A program made the translations under genes and the position numbers. Below are positions 9,960 through 20,300 of a stretch of DNA of 43,989 nucleotides, piece after piece (positions within the stretch are counted from its first letter, which is position 1; every line of letters starts with the position of its first letter). Below the pieces are notes generated by a model, which saw only the letters and a program-made list of their open reading frames with translations, ran no database searches and was not told the origin of the DNA. The stretch is from Saprolegnia diclina VS20. Taxonomy: Eukaryota. The stretch covers positions 528,675 through 572,663 of the forward strand of contig NW_008246088.1 in NCBI RefSeq assembly GCF_000281045.1, written 5' to 3'.

Positions 9960-10210
9960 ATCTCAAACCGAACGGCACCGACCACATGTTGGCGCCGGTG
10001 TATATCGCACCCAACACTAATCAAGACTAGGGCACCATAATGGCAGAGCTACGCGATATCGAAGTCGACCCGTTTAACCAGGCAGCCATGATGGCAGTGC
10101 CGCACGATCAATGTTTGGCCAAGACGTGGATCCTGATCGACTAATCCCACAACCTTAAACCGAGGGGTCGTCGAGGTCCTCCGGCGCCCTCGCGCCGCGT
10201 GTTCCGCTAA
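9960..10210 (+). pseudogene. PPAPLRRVF-tail family copy 4, with in-frame stops
   Basis: Reads LKPNGTDHMLAPVYIAPNTNQD*GTIMAELRDIEVDPFNQAAMMAVPHDQCLAKTWILID*SHNLKPRGRRGPPAPSRRVFR*; stops at 10028-10030 and 10142-10144 interrupt sequence collinear with copies 1 and 2. Confidence 0.75.
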
Positions 10211-10463
10211 GGCCGTCGACCAACATGCTTCGTCTCGCCAAGGATAATGACATACTGTTGATTTTGCGCAATCGATGAGAACCGATAGCGCGCGAAACTG
10301 GCAGCACGTCCGACCACCACTTGTGTGGAAGACGTACAGCCTGCGCTTGGGATGGACTCGTAATCACAAGACAAGAGGCATCTTCTTGATTACAACTGCA
10401 CGTGCAATGACACTTGAGTCGCACCAAGGACACACCCGTCGCCGTTGTCGTTGCGCGGTGCGC

Positions 10464-11411
10464 TTAGCTGGACGCGGAGAAGACGTACGGCTTGGCGTTG
10501 CGGAACGTCGACATGTCGCGGATCGAGTTGGAGTGGAACTTGTACTCGATGAGCGTGTTGGAGTCGAGCATGAGGAGCTCCTTGAGCTTCTCGCTGCAAA
10601 CATAACATCATATGAGCGGCCGCATGGCACGTGGTGCAAGGGACGTACCCGATCGCGAACCGAGCGCTGTCGTCCGTGTTGTCGGCGTTCCAGACCTACT
10701 CGCCGTCGTTCGCATATGTGTCATGATCCGTATCCTGTGTACCGAGATCATGTCTTCCTTGGAGCGGATGGCCATGGCAATACCAACGACGTTGAGCGTC
10801 TCGAACGCCTCGCCGACCGCGGCGAAGCAGAGGTCCTGCCACATCTTACCGAGGACGTTGGCCTTCTTCTTGATCTTGAGGATCCAGCAGCCGCCGTTCG
10901 GGAAGGCCTAGCGACAATCGTTGATACCACGTGATGCCAACAAAGCCGAGGACGCACTTCCCACATCGGCGCGCAGTTGGGCGCATCACGGAACAAGTAC
11001 AAGTTCGTGTCCTTGTTGAGCTGCGACGGGCGCTTCACGTGCACGTAGTGGCTAACATAACGTCATGAGCCCATACATCGATGACGCATCTCCGTACCGC
11101 CAAAAGTCTTCGACCGTGCCAAAGGCAGCGATCTTCTGCAAGTTCGACTGGTAGGTGCTAGCAGTCGTCATGAGCCTCGGATAAGCATGCAATCAGAACG
11201 TACTCGAGGTCCGTGCGCTTGGGCAGCTTGCGGTCATACCTACGTTCGCGCATGAGCAGTGTCCGACAGACGCGTGGCCGTCGTACCACAAGCACCAGCC
11301 CGTCTGGAGGCTGTGCTCCTCGTCGGCAGCAGCATCTACAGAGGCCATGAGCATCCACCCGAGCTGCAGGCAGGTCCTACCGTGCTTCACTTGGGCGTCC
11401 GTAGCGGCCAT
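10464..11411 (-). CDS. eIF4E: Eukaryotic translation initiation factor 4E family cap-binding protein (about 8 exons)
   Basis: Spliced minus-strand exons give HSLQTGWCLWYD, TYQSNLQKIAAFGTVEDFWRHY, KRPSQL, NLYLFRD..PMWE, FPNGGCWILKIKK, WQDLCFAAVGEAF, VVGIAMAIRSKEDMISVWN; seven short GT-AG introns; ATG at 11411, stop at 10464-10466. Confidence 0.9.
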
Positions 11412-11453
11412 CGTACAATAATAAGGTCCCTCCTCCAACCATGCAAAAACAGA

Positions 11454-11488
11454 CCAATCACGCGCAAGCAATCGCGTCGCGCCAATCA
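11454..11488 (+). promoter_or_regulatory. Paired CCAAT boxes in the eIF4E / S9 peptidase divergent intergenic region
   Basis: ccaatcac at 11454 and 11482, 40-80 nt upstream of the eIF4E ATG. Confidence 0.45.
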
Positions 11489-12092
11489 CCGGCGAGAATT
11501 CTATTGCGCAGGGGCCCCATGAAAACGGGCGAGCGTGTGGCATACACATACTTGATTAATATATAGTTCATTTTTTCGGACCCCCCTGGACGCGAGAAAG
11601 AATGCAGGTAACCGCTGAATGATGGACAGTGGACCATCTCGAGACCGTCCCTGACGACGACCGATCGAGGGCGATGCGCCGCCCTTGACACCAGTTCTCA
11701 CAAGTCAGCACCAAATGGGAAACTGGCGAGAGTGAGTACGTCGGTTGATGGTGGCGTCTACGGTTACCTCTAGCATTGCAGACGTCGTCGGGCGGGGTGT
11801 CGATACGGCCCTGGACGCCACAACCACGAGAAAGATGCACGCGATGGACGTTGCCTGGTTGGCTTACACCTACCGGTAGCTATACTACTTGGCCATAAAC
11901 TGTGGATGCCCAAGCGAGTTCTTGTGCCAACTCTTATTGACGCAAGTGTCGACATTGCACTTCAATTGAGACGCATCGGATAAACCTTTTGAGCGAAACA
12001 TTTAAATACACTAGTGTTTTATACGAAATATTAAAAATGATCCGTGGGGCATCGTAACTGCCTGGCGCACTTCGTGATTTGCAAACATCGAC

Positions 12093-14077
12093 ATGGAGAG
12101 TACGCTTGTGCCGATCCCGGTGCTCTTTGGCCCGACCGAGTATGCGTCGCCCCGCGTCTCGCCGGATGGCGCCCACCTCGCGTACTTGGCGCCGAGCAGC
12201 AATGGCATCATGAACCTCTTCGTGCGGCCCAGCGCAGGCAGCACCACGGCCGTCCAGCTCACGACCGAGGCGAAGCGCCCGATTCGGTTCTTTCGTTGGG
12301 CGACCAATGGCACGCATGTGCTGTACGTCCAGGACGAAGACGGCAACGAACGCTTCCACCTCTTTGCCGTTCACATTGCGACGGCGACAACGACCAACCT
12401 CACGCCGCTTCCCGATGCCAAAGTGCTCACGACGTTCCCGATGACGTCATTTTACAACCACATCAACCGGCTCACGAGCGAGCGCTTCTCAGACGATGTC
12501 GTTGTCGGCATCAACGACCGCGACCCAAAGCTCTTTGACGTCTACCGCATCAGTGTCGTGACAGGCGAGCGAACGCTATTGGCCGCCAACACGGACCGCG
12601 CCGAAGCGTGGATCGTCGACAGCGACCTTGTCGTGCGTGGCGCCGTGTCGCCCGCGGACGGCGTCGGCGACAAGAAGCTTTGTATCCGTGACGACGCTGC
12701 GAGCCCGTGGCGCGAAGTGGTGCGCTGGGGCTTGAACGACGATGTGACGCCGCTCCAGCTGAGCGCTGACGGCACCGGCATCTACGTCTTGACGTCGCTG
12801 AACGGCAGCGACAACTGCACGCTCCGACTCGTCCTCCTCTCGACCATCGATGGCTCGGAGCTAGCAACGCTGGCGCATCACCCGAAAGCGGACATCGGCG
12901 ACGTCGTCTTTGGCATTGACGGGTCGCCCGACTACTGTGCGGTCGAGTACCTCTTGCCGGAAAAGATCATTCTCAACGAACACGTGCGCGACGACATTAC
13001 GCGCCTCGAGGCCCTCGTCCACAGTCCGATGGAGCTCGTGAGTCGCACTGTTGATGACAACGCGTGGACGATCTGCGTCGCCCCGGACACGAGCTCCAAG
13101 CGCTACTACCATTACGTCCGGGCGACGTCGACGCTGACGCTTCTGGGGCTCGAGCAGCCGTCGCTCGAGGCGTACACGTTTGCGCCCATGAAGGCGATCG
13201 AGATTCCTTGCATTGATGGCGAGACGCAGGTCGGGTACTTGACGCTGCCGGTCGGACTGCCGCCGACGCAGCTGCCGCTCGTTGTGTTTGTCCACGGTGG
13301 TCCGTGGGTGCGTGACCACTGGGGCTTCAATCCAACCCACCAATGGTACGCCGCGTCTCCACGATCCTCGACGCGTCATTGTGCATTAGGCTCGCAAACC
13401 GCGGGTATGCAGTGCTTTCCGTCAACTACCGCGCATCGACAGGCTATGGCCTTCGCTGGCTCCATCTCGGCAACAAGCAGTGGGGCCATGCGATGCAGCA
13501 AGACATCACGGACGCCGCCCACTGGGCCATTGACCAGGGCTACGCCGATGCGTCGCGCGTCGGCATCTACGGTAAGAGCTACGGCGGCTACGCGACTTTG
13601 GCGGGCCTCGCGTTCACGCCCGAGCTGTACGCGTGCGGTGTCGACGTCGTCGGCCCCTCGAACGTTAAATCGCTCTTGGCCGCGACTCCACCGGACTGGG
13701 ACGCGCTCAAGGCCATGTTTGCCCTTCGCATTGGGCCTGTCGAGTCAGACGACGCGTGGAACACTGCGATCTCGCCTGTCTTCCACGTCGAGAAGATCTG
13801 CAAGCCGCTGCTGATTGGCCAGGGCGCCAACGACCCGCGTGTGCCGCAAGCCGAGTCGGACCAGATCGCCAAGGCGCTCCATAACGCCGGGCGACGCGTG
13901 CAGTACGTCATTTACACGGACGAAGGTCATGGTTTCCACCGCCCGCCCAACGCGATCGACTTTGTCTTGCGCACCGAAGCGTTCCTGGCCTCGGTGCTCG
14001 GCGGCCGCGTGAGCGCGCTCGAGGGCTCGTTCACGGCCGGCAACACGGCTGTCGAAGTGGACCTGGCGTCGCTGTAA
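12093..14077 (+). CDS. S9 family serine peptidase (acylaminoacyl/dipeptidyl aminopeptidase-like; 2 exons, intron 13346-13389)
   Basis: N-terminal propeller-type SPDG..LAYL; PLVVFVHGGPW; spliced QW|LANRGYAVLSVNYR; catalytic triad motifs GKSYGGY, GANDPRV, DEGHGF. Confidence 0.92.
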
Positions 14078-14336
14078 GGACATTGTGTTGTCGTTCGTGT
14101 AGTCTGTGGCATACACATGATGTGCATAAGTCTTGCCTTGGGTTGGTATCGCTCGTCGCACCGAGCTCGACGTGACAGTTGGGATAGCACGACATGACGT
14201 GGCAAGCTCCCGCGCGTTGTCGATTTGCACCAATCAACTCGTCGCACGATAAACTAGGCAAAAGTCCGAAATAGGATCTTCGGGTTCGGTAAATTTAGGA
14301 TCGGCCTCCGCCGCCCATTTGACAAAACGCGACGAC

Positions 14337-15788
14337 ATGAACCAACTGCCGCCTGGATGGAGCCTTGGCACGTCGCGCTCGCGAGGCGTCGACTACTACT
14401 TCCACAAGAAGACTGGCAAGCAGTACTGGACCGAGAAGGACCTGCCCACCGGCTGGGCGTACGTGATCGAGCCAGGTGACCCTCGGCGCGTCTACTTCGA
14501 CCTTGCCGACGAAAAAGGGACGCGGTCATATACCAAGCCGGCGGTCGCTGCGTCACCGAAGCGCCAGCGCAGCTCGCCACGACCAGATCCGACGCCGCAG
14601 CGCCGTGGCTCCAACTCGGTCTTGGATCTCTTGTCGCCGATGCCACGCGCCGACGAGGCCACGTCGCACAAGCGCAGTCACGAAGACGACTATGAAAGCT
14701 CAAGCGCCAAGCGGTCCCGCGGCGACGACCCTGCGTACGATCGGCGTTCACATGCCACGATGGAGCCGCGACGTACGGCGCTGACCGACCAGGAGCAGAC
14801 GGCCGAGTTTTACAGCAGCCTTCAGCGCGCCAACTCGGGCGACCGCGCCGACTCGCTCCTCTACCACATGCGCGCGATGAACAACTGGATCAAGTCGGTG
14901 CTCATCCGCGAGTACTGCCCGACGAACTGCAAGGTGCTCGACTTGGCGTGCGGCAAAGGCGGCGACATGATGAAGTGGGCCAAGCAGAACGTATCCATGT
15001 ACATGGGCGTCGACATTGCGCAAGGGTCGCTCGAAGACGCGGTCGGGCGCGTCCAAAAGAACCGGCAGCTCTCGCAGATGGACATCCAGCTCGTGCAAGG
15101 TGATCTTGGGAAGGTCTCGCTCCTCTCCGACTCGCTCTACTGCTGGAGCGCGGCCAAGCAGTGGCACATGGCCGTGCCCGTCAACTCGCCGCACGCGTTC
15201 GACATGGTCTCGATGCAGTTTTCGTTCCACTACATGTTTTGCGACCAGAACAGCGCCAACCTCTTCTTCAGCACGCTGCGCTCAATGCTGCCCAAGGGCG
15301 GGCAGTTTATCGCGACGACGATCGACCCGGACCGCATGATCCAGAAGCTCCAGGCGTCGGTTGGGGACGTGGACGCGGATGGCGCGCCGGCACCGATCCG
15401 CATCTTTGACGCCAAGAAGCGAGAAATGTGCACCGTGCGCATGGACGAGTCGACCCGGACGCGGCTCCTCTATGGCAGTGACGACGACGACGACGAAGGG
15501 TACGGTCTCCGGTACAAGTTTACATTGCGCGACGGCGAGGACGAGCAGGCCGTCGACTTGCCGGAATACCTGATTCCAAACTCGCTCTTGCACCGCTTGA
15601 TTGCCCAGAACGGCTTTGAACTCGTGCTCCAGGAGAACTTTCAGTCGTTCGTCGCGCTCCACAGCCAAGTGCCCCGGCACCGTGAGCTCCTCACAAAGAT
15701 GCACGTGCTCAACTTTAACGGCACCATCTCGGACGTCGAGTGGGACATTGTGAGCCTCTACCAAGTGCTCGCGTTTCGAAAGCTCTAG
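14337..15788 (+). CDS. RNMT: mRNA cap (guanine-N7) methyltransferase with N-terminal WW domains
   Basis: MRAMNNWIKSVLI, SAM motif VLDLACGKGGDMMKW, VSMQFSFHY, GGQFIATT, PEYL, EWDIVSLYQVLAFRK; N-terminus LPPGW..YYFHKKTGKQYW and LPTGW..VYFD. First ATG at 14337. Confidence 0.92.
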   Translation: MNQLPPGWSLGTSRSRGVDYYFHKKTGKQYWTEKDLPTGWAYVIEPGDPRRVYFDLADEKGTRSYTKPAVAASPKRQRSSPRPDPTPQRRGSNSVLDLLSPMPRADEATSHKRSHEDDYESSSAKRSRGDDPAYDRRSHATMEPRRTALTDQEQTAEFYSSLQRANSGDRADSLLYHMRAMNNWIKSVLIREYCPTNCKVLDLACGKGGDMMKWAKQNVSMYMGVDIAQGSLEDAVGRVQKNRQLSQMDIQLVQGDLGKVSLLSDSLYCWSAAKQWHMAVPVNSPHAFDMVSMQFSFHYMFCDQNSANLFFSTLRSMLPKGGQFIATTIDPDRMIQKLQASVGDVDADGAPAPIRIFDAKKREMCTVRMDESTRTRLLYGSDDDDDEGYGLRYKFTLRDGEDEQAVDLPEYLIPNSLLHRLIAQNGFELVLQENFQSFVALHSQVPRHRELLTKMHVLNFNGTISDVEWDIVSLYQVLAFRKL

Positions 15789-16310
15789 TTGAAACATTGA
15801 TACTTTTTTCTGTGGTTTGTCGTGGTATCGAGTAGGACGTTGAGAGCGTCTCGGAGCGCTGAGCAATCGAGCTTGTACTACTACAGACAAGGTGAAAGCT
15901 TTGCTGCAAAGCGTTCCGGAAGTCCACTTGCGACTCCTCGGCGAGGCCAGCAGAGTTTTGCCAATGTACGTTGCCAGCGTCGCCAAAGTGGGCAAGTTGC
16001 ACTGAAATTGATATTTACTATGACCAAATTGGATGATCCAAGTTAGTACATTCGTGGCGCGTTCGAGTTGCTGGATCGAGCAGTAGGATTGTGGGACAGT
16101 ACGACAACGTGTACGTCTGGTGTTGACCGTCGGCGTCAGTTCGTTAGTTCGTTAGTCGTCGTTGACCAAGCGAGACGGCGATCATCTGATGAAAGAGTAT
16201 AGAAATGGGGTAGGGACTGCAATGGATGGTCCCTGGGGCGTCTTCAAAGAAGCCTTACTTGGAGTAAAGTACCGCTCGCAGTTTCCGAGCTATCCTTGAG
16301 CTCCTCTGGC

Positions 16311-17003
16311 CTAGATTCTTTTCGGTTCGTCCTTGGGTGTAAGAAAGGGCGGAACGTCTCGTGTCGGTGATGCATGGCTCGTCACCGCCTCGGCTTTGAC
16401 TTCTGCCTTTACTTTTGCATGCTCGGCTGCCAAGATCGCAAGCGGCCGGGGGACTGTCGATCCGCGCAGAGCGCCGTCAGGGACCTCGCGAAAGGTATAT
16501 CTACACCAAGGCAGCTCCAGTCGCCGATAGTACATGATGACCAGTACATGATGGAGAGATGCAGCGTCTCAACGAGCGCCACGTATGTGTCGTGCGTCAG
16601 TGCATGCGGACGAGGGCCTACACATGGTGTATGAACCTTCTCCGCGCGGCAACGGGCGTACCAATGTGTGCGACGCCGTCGTGGACGCATGCACTGTTCC
16701 CACCGTCGTGGGCGCATGGCCAGTTCGTAGTTGTTGCCACTGTGACGCCGTTGCAAGTCGACTCGAAGACAGCACACCATCCGTTGCGCAGGCGCTTGGA
16801 TGTGGCGCCGTCCAGGAGTGCGCATGCGTCCGCCAAGGTGCTGCCATCGAGCCGGAGCGCCGACGAACTACAAGGTGCGCCTGCAGGCTTGCCAGCATCA
16901 CTCGCTCGTCGTACCCGAGCTCGATCCGGTCCAGGCCCAAGGCGACGAGCTTCGCCAGCGCGGCCGGCGGGACGTGGTACAGCTGAAGCATGAGCTCGCG
17001 CAT
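16311..17003 (-). CDS. Hypothetical multi-exon protein, divergent from TBC1D31
   Basis: ATG at 17003 preceded by INR-like cccattttgccaaa; several candidate gtac..gtag introns of about 45 nt link protein-like segments (MRELMLQLYH..IELG|SSALRLDG; THDTYVALVETLHLSI; YTFREVPDG). Exon structure not certain; no family recognised. Confidence 0.4.
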
Positions 17004-17321
17004 GACGAGGATGGTTGATCTTTTGGCAAAATGGGTTGTGCGAACCGAGTCCTGGTATCCGGATGGCTAATATCACGCAACTCAAATCGGCAACACCTTG
17101 TCGCCGGGCTTCCGACTGCCGACCGAGGCCGTGGACCAGGCTCTACCTATGTGTATGAAATGGGCTCTGTCTGCGTACATGTCGTCAAGAGTACTCTGGA
17201 TGCCATCGTCTGTAGCGGGTTGTAGTTCTAGTCCTCTGCCACGATCTTGCTGGTAAAATCTTTGAATCCGGATAATATTTCCGGTATCCGGCGTTCGCGC
17301 TTGAAAAGCTATCTCGCGACG

Positions 17322-20300
17322 ATGGTGTACGAGGTCCGGCTGAAGCTCGGGACCGACGAAGAGGGCCTGCTATGGCCGCGCCGCCCGCAGGTCGGTCCGT
17401 CGGGCCTCCTCGGTTGCATGCGCAACCTCCCTCTCCGGACGTACAAGGCCACCGAGACGTCGGACGCGGGCACGGGCTGGGCCCGCTTCCGCTGCGTCGC
17501 TTTCTCGGCTGGCGGCGACGTCTTTGCGGCCGTCGACGAGAAAGGCCGCGTCTTCGCCTTCTTTCCGACGCGGAACCGGTATGCGCTCGTGTGCCACTTG
17601 GGCACGCCGGCGCTCGAGTGCGCCTTTAGCCCGCACCAGCGCGCCGAGCTCCTCGTGACGTGCGAAGACTTGACCGTTCGCTGCGTGAACGTGCAGACAA
17701 AGGTGCTCGTGAGTACGCTCCGCGGCCACCGACACGTGCCGACGTGTGTCTCGTTCCAGCGGCCGGGCCAGCTCGCGCTGACAGCGTCCGCCGATGCCGT
17801 GATCCTCTGGGACAGCGCCGACTGGTCGCGCTTCCGGACACTGAACGCCGGTCCTGGTGTCCAAGCCGCGCAGTTTGTCAACAATGGCGAGCTCGTCGCC
17901 GTGTGCTTCCGCGACGACTCGATCTTGATGTGGGAGCTGAGTACGCTCGCGCTCAAGTACCGCTTCGCGCTGCCCGAGTACGAGCATCCGCCGGGCCTCA
18001 CGCGCTTTTGCGTCTCGGACAACTGCCGCGCCATCATCGCAAGGTCCCTTGCTCTCCACACCTTGCCGTACGTTGACGCGCGACCGTGTATGTAGCGGCC
18101 ACTCGCCCTTTATTTACGTATGGGAATTCGAGTCTCAAACGCTCATCCGCATCATCGAGCTGCCGGCGACCGTCCGGCGCGTCTTCCAGGTATTCGACTG
18201 TCCTTTCTCCATATCCTGTACGAGCAGTATCCATATATGGCCATACTCTAGCATACGTTCGTGCCATGTACGAGCACGATCATTTGCGTCCTCGGTGACG
18301 ATGGCCAACTCAACTTTCTCAACGTCTCGACGTCCACGCCCAAGGTGAGCCTCCAGGTCGCACATCGCGCCAAGGCCATGACGCATTATGCCATGGACGG
18401 GAATGGCAAGTATCTCGCGTGCTGCTCCAGGTACATGCTCCAGTGACGCGTGATCACTGAGTATGAAGTAGCGACGGGTGTCTCCTCCTCTACGACCTGG
18501 ACATTGCACGCGAGACTGCGTACGCCGTCCAGGGCATCCGAGAACGCGCCGACGCCGACGACAACTACTTGCCAACGCGGTCGGCAATTCCCACACCGCA
18601 CTTGATGGACTCGCTCTTTGGACCACCGGTCAAGTCGACGTACGAGCCTGTAGCAGCCTCACCCACCCCCAAGACGCCGACAACTCCGAAGACCAAGGCA
18701 CCAAGCACGCCCAAGACACCGACGACGTCCAAGGCACCAGAAACACCAATCATGTCACGCACACCGACACCCGTGGCCCGGCCACCGTCAATGGCGATGC
18801 CACCTCAGGACGCAGCGCTGCAGAAGCGCCGGCTCGCGCACCTGCTACGGTCCTACGAAATGTACCCGGAGCGGTACCGCATGCTCGCGTGGCGCTTCCT
18901 CCTCGAGCTGCCCGACAACAGCGACGCGTTTAGCCTTCTCTTGCAAAAGGGCGTGCATCCGTCGTGTGTGCATCTCGCGCAGCGCTACCCGATCCAGAAC
19001 CAGCGGCTCTTTCGGCGGCTACAGCGCGTGCTCTCGGCCATTGCGCACTGGTGCCCTGCGTTCGGCGAGGTCGAGTACCTCCCCGCGTTTGTGTTTCCAT
19101 TCATCAAGGTCTGCGAGAACAACGATGTGATGGCGTTCGAGGTCGTCGCGTCGCTGCTCTTGTTTGACGGCGTCGACTTTCTACGTCGGTATCCGTACCC
19201 GCCACTGAACTTGCTCCGCCTTCTCGAGAAGGAGCTCGAGCGCCGCGACCCGCAGCTCTACTTGCATTTTGTGTCGCACCATGTTCAAGCCGACGTGTAC
19301 GGCTGGTCGCTTGTCAACTCGGCGTTCAGTACCGTCTTGCAGCGTCGCGACTGGCTATATCTGTGGGACCACCTCGTCACGCCGGGGTTTCGGGACGCTG
19401 GGCGGCTCTGGGCCGCTGTGCTCGCGTTCCTACAGCTCTCGCGCCATGTGCTCTTGGACTGCACTTCGTCGACGGCGATGTTAGCCTACTTTGGCCAGCA
19501 GCAAACGCTCGACATGCGCCAGTTGGTCGACTGGATGCGCCAGATGAGCTTTCCGCTGCCAGAGCACGCAGAAGAGGCGCTCGTGCCACTCCAGAAAGGA
19601 AGCTACCCCCGCTTCCAGCACTACCCTCATTTCGTCGTCGACTATCAGATCCAGGCAAATCCAATTCTGATTTGAGAGGATTATCTCAGACTGTGGATTA
19701 GGAGCGCAACCGCATTGCGCGCGAAGAAGACGACCTCGCGGCCAAGCAAGCACTTGTGGCGCAGCTCCAAGCTGAAACAAAGGCACTCGATGAGGCCCAC
19801 CGCCGCTGGATGGAAGAGAAGCAGCACTGGCTTGAGAGCGAGCAGAGCCGGCGGCTCGACGCCATCGAGCGGGAGAAGCAGCGCATCGTGACGATGAAGG
19901 TGCTTGCGGCCAAGACTCGCGAGCGTCGTCTGCAGCAGGTACGTCATTGCAGACAACTTGTCGGCGCGTACGAGACACAACGTAGATCATTGCGATGGAG
20001 CGAAATGCCAAAGAAGCGCTCGAGCAAACGAGCAAGCTCGTCGCAGCCGAGCACGACCGGTACCGCGTCGAGATGGACTTTGCGGCGCAAAAGCTGGCGG
20101 CGCACACGGCGCAGCAGCTCGATGACGAAGACATTTCCGCGCTCGAAGCTGCGGCGCGGGCGCGTGTGGCCCGCATTGCCGACGAACGGCTCTCGGAGGA
20201 GCGTCTCCAGCAGATGCGCGTCGACTTTTTCGCGCAGTGCCGGCAGCAAGAGCTCGCAGACCAAATCGTCTTTGACAGCTGGAAGCAGCAGGACCGCGAC

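Noticed and set aside
7125..10040. Long ORFs containing X runs
   Set aside because: Artefacts of translating through N gaps.
4249..15788. Functional cluster of mRNA metabolism genes (TFIIS, eIF4E, cap methyltransferase)
   Set aside because: Unrelated genes are interspersed and orientations are mixed; chance proximity in a gene-dense genome is sufficient without synteny data.
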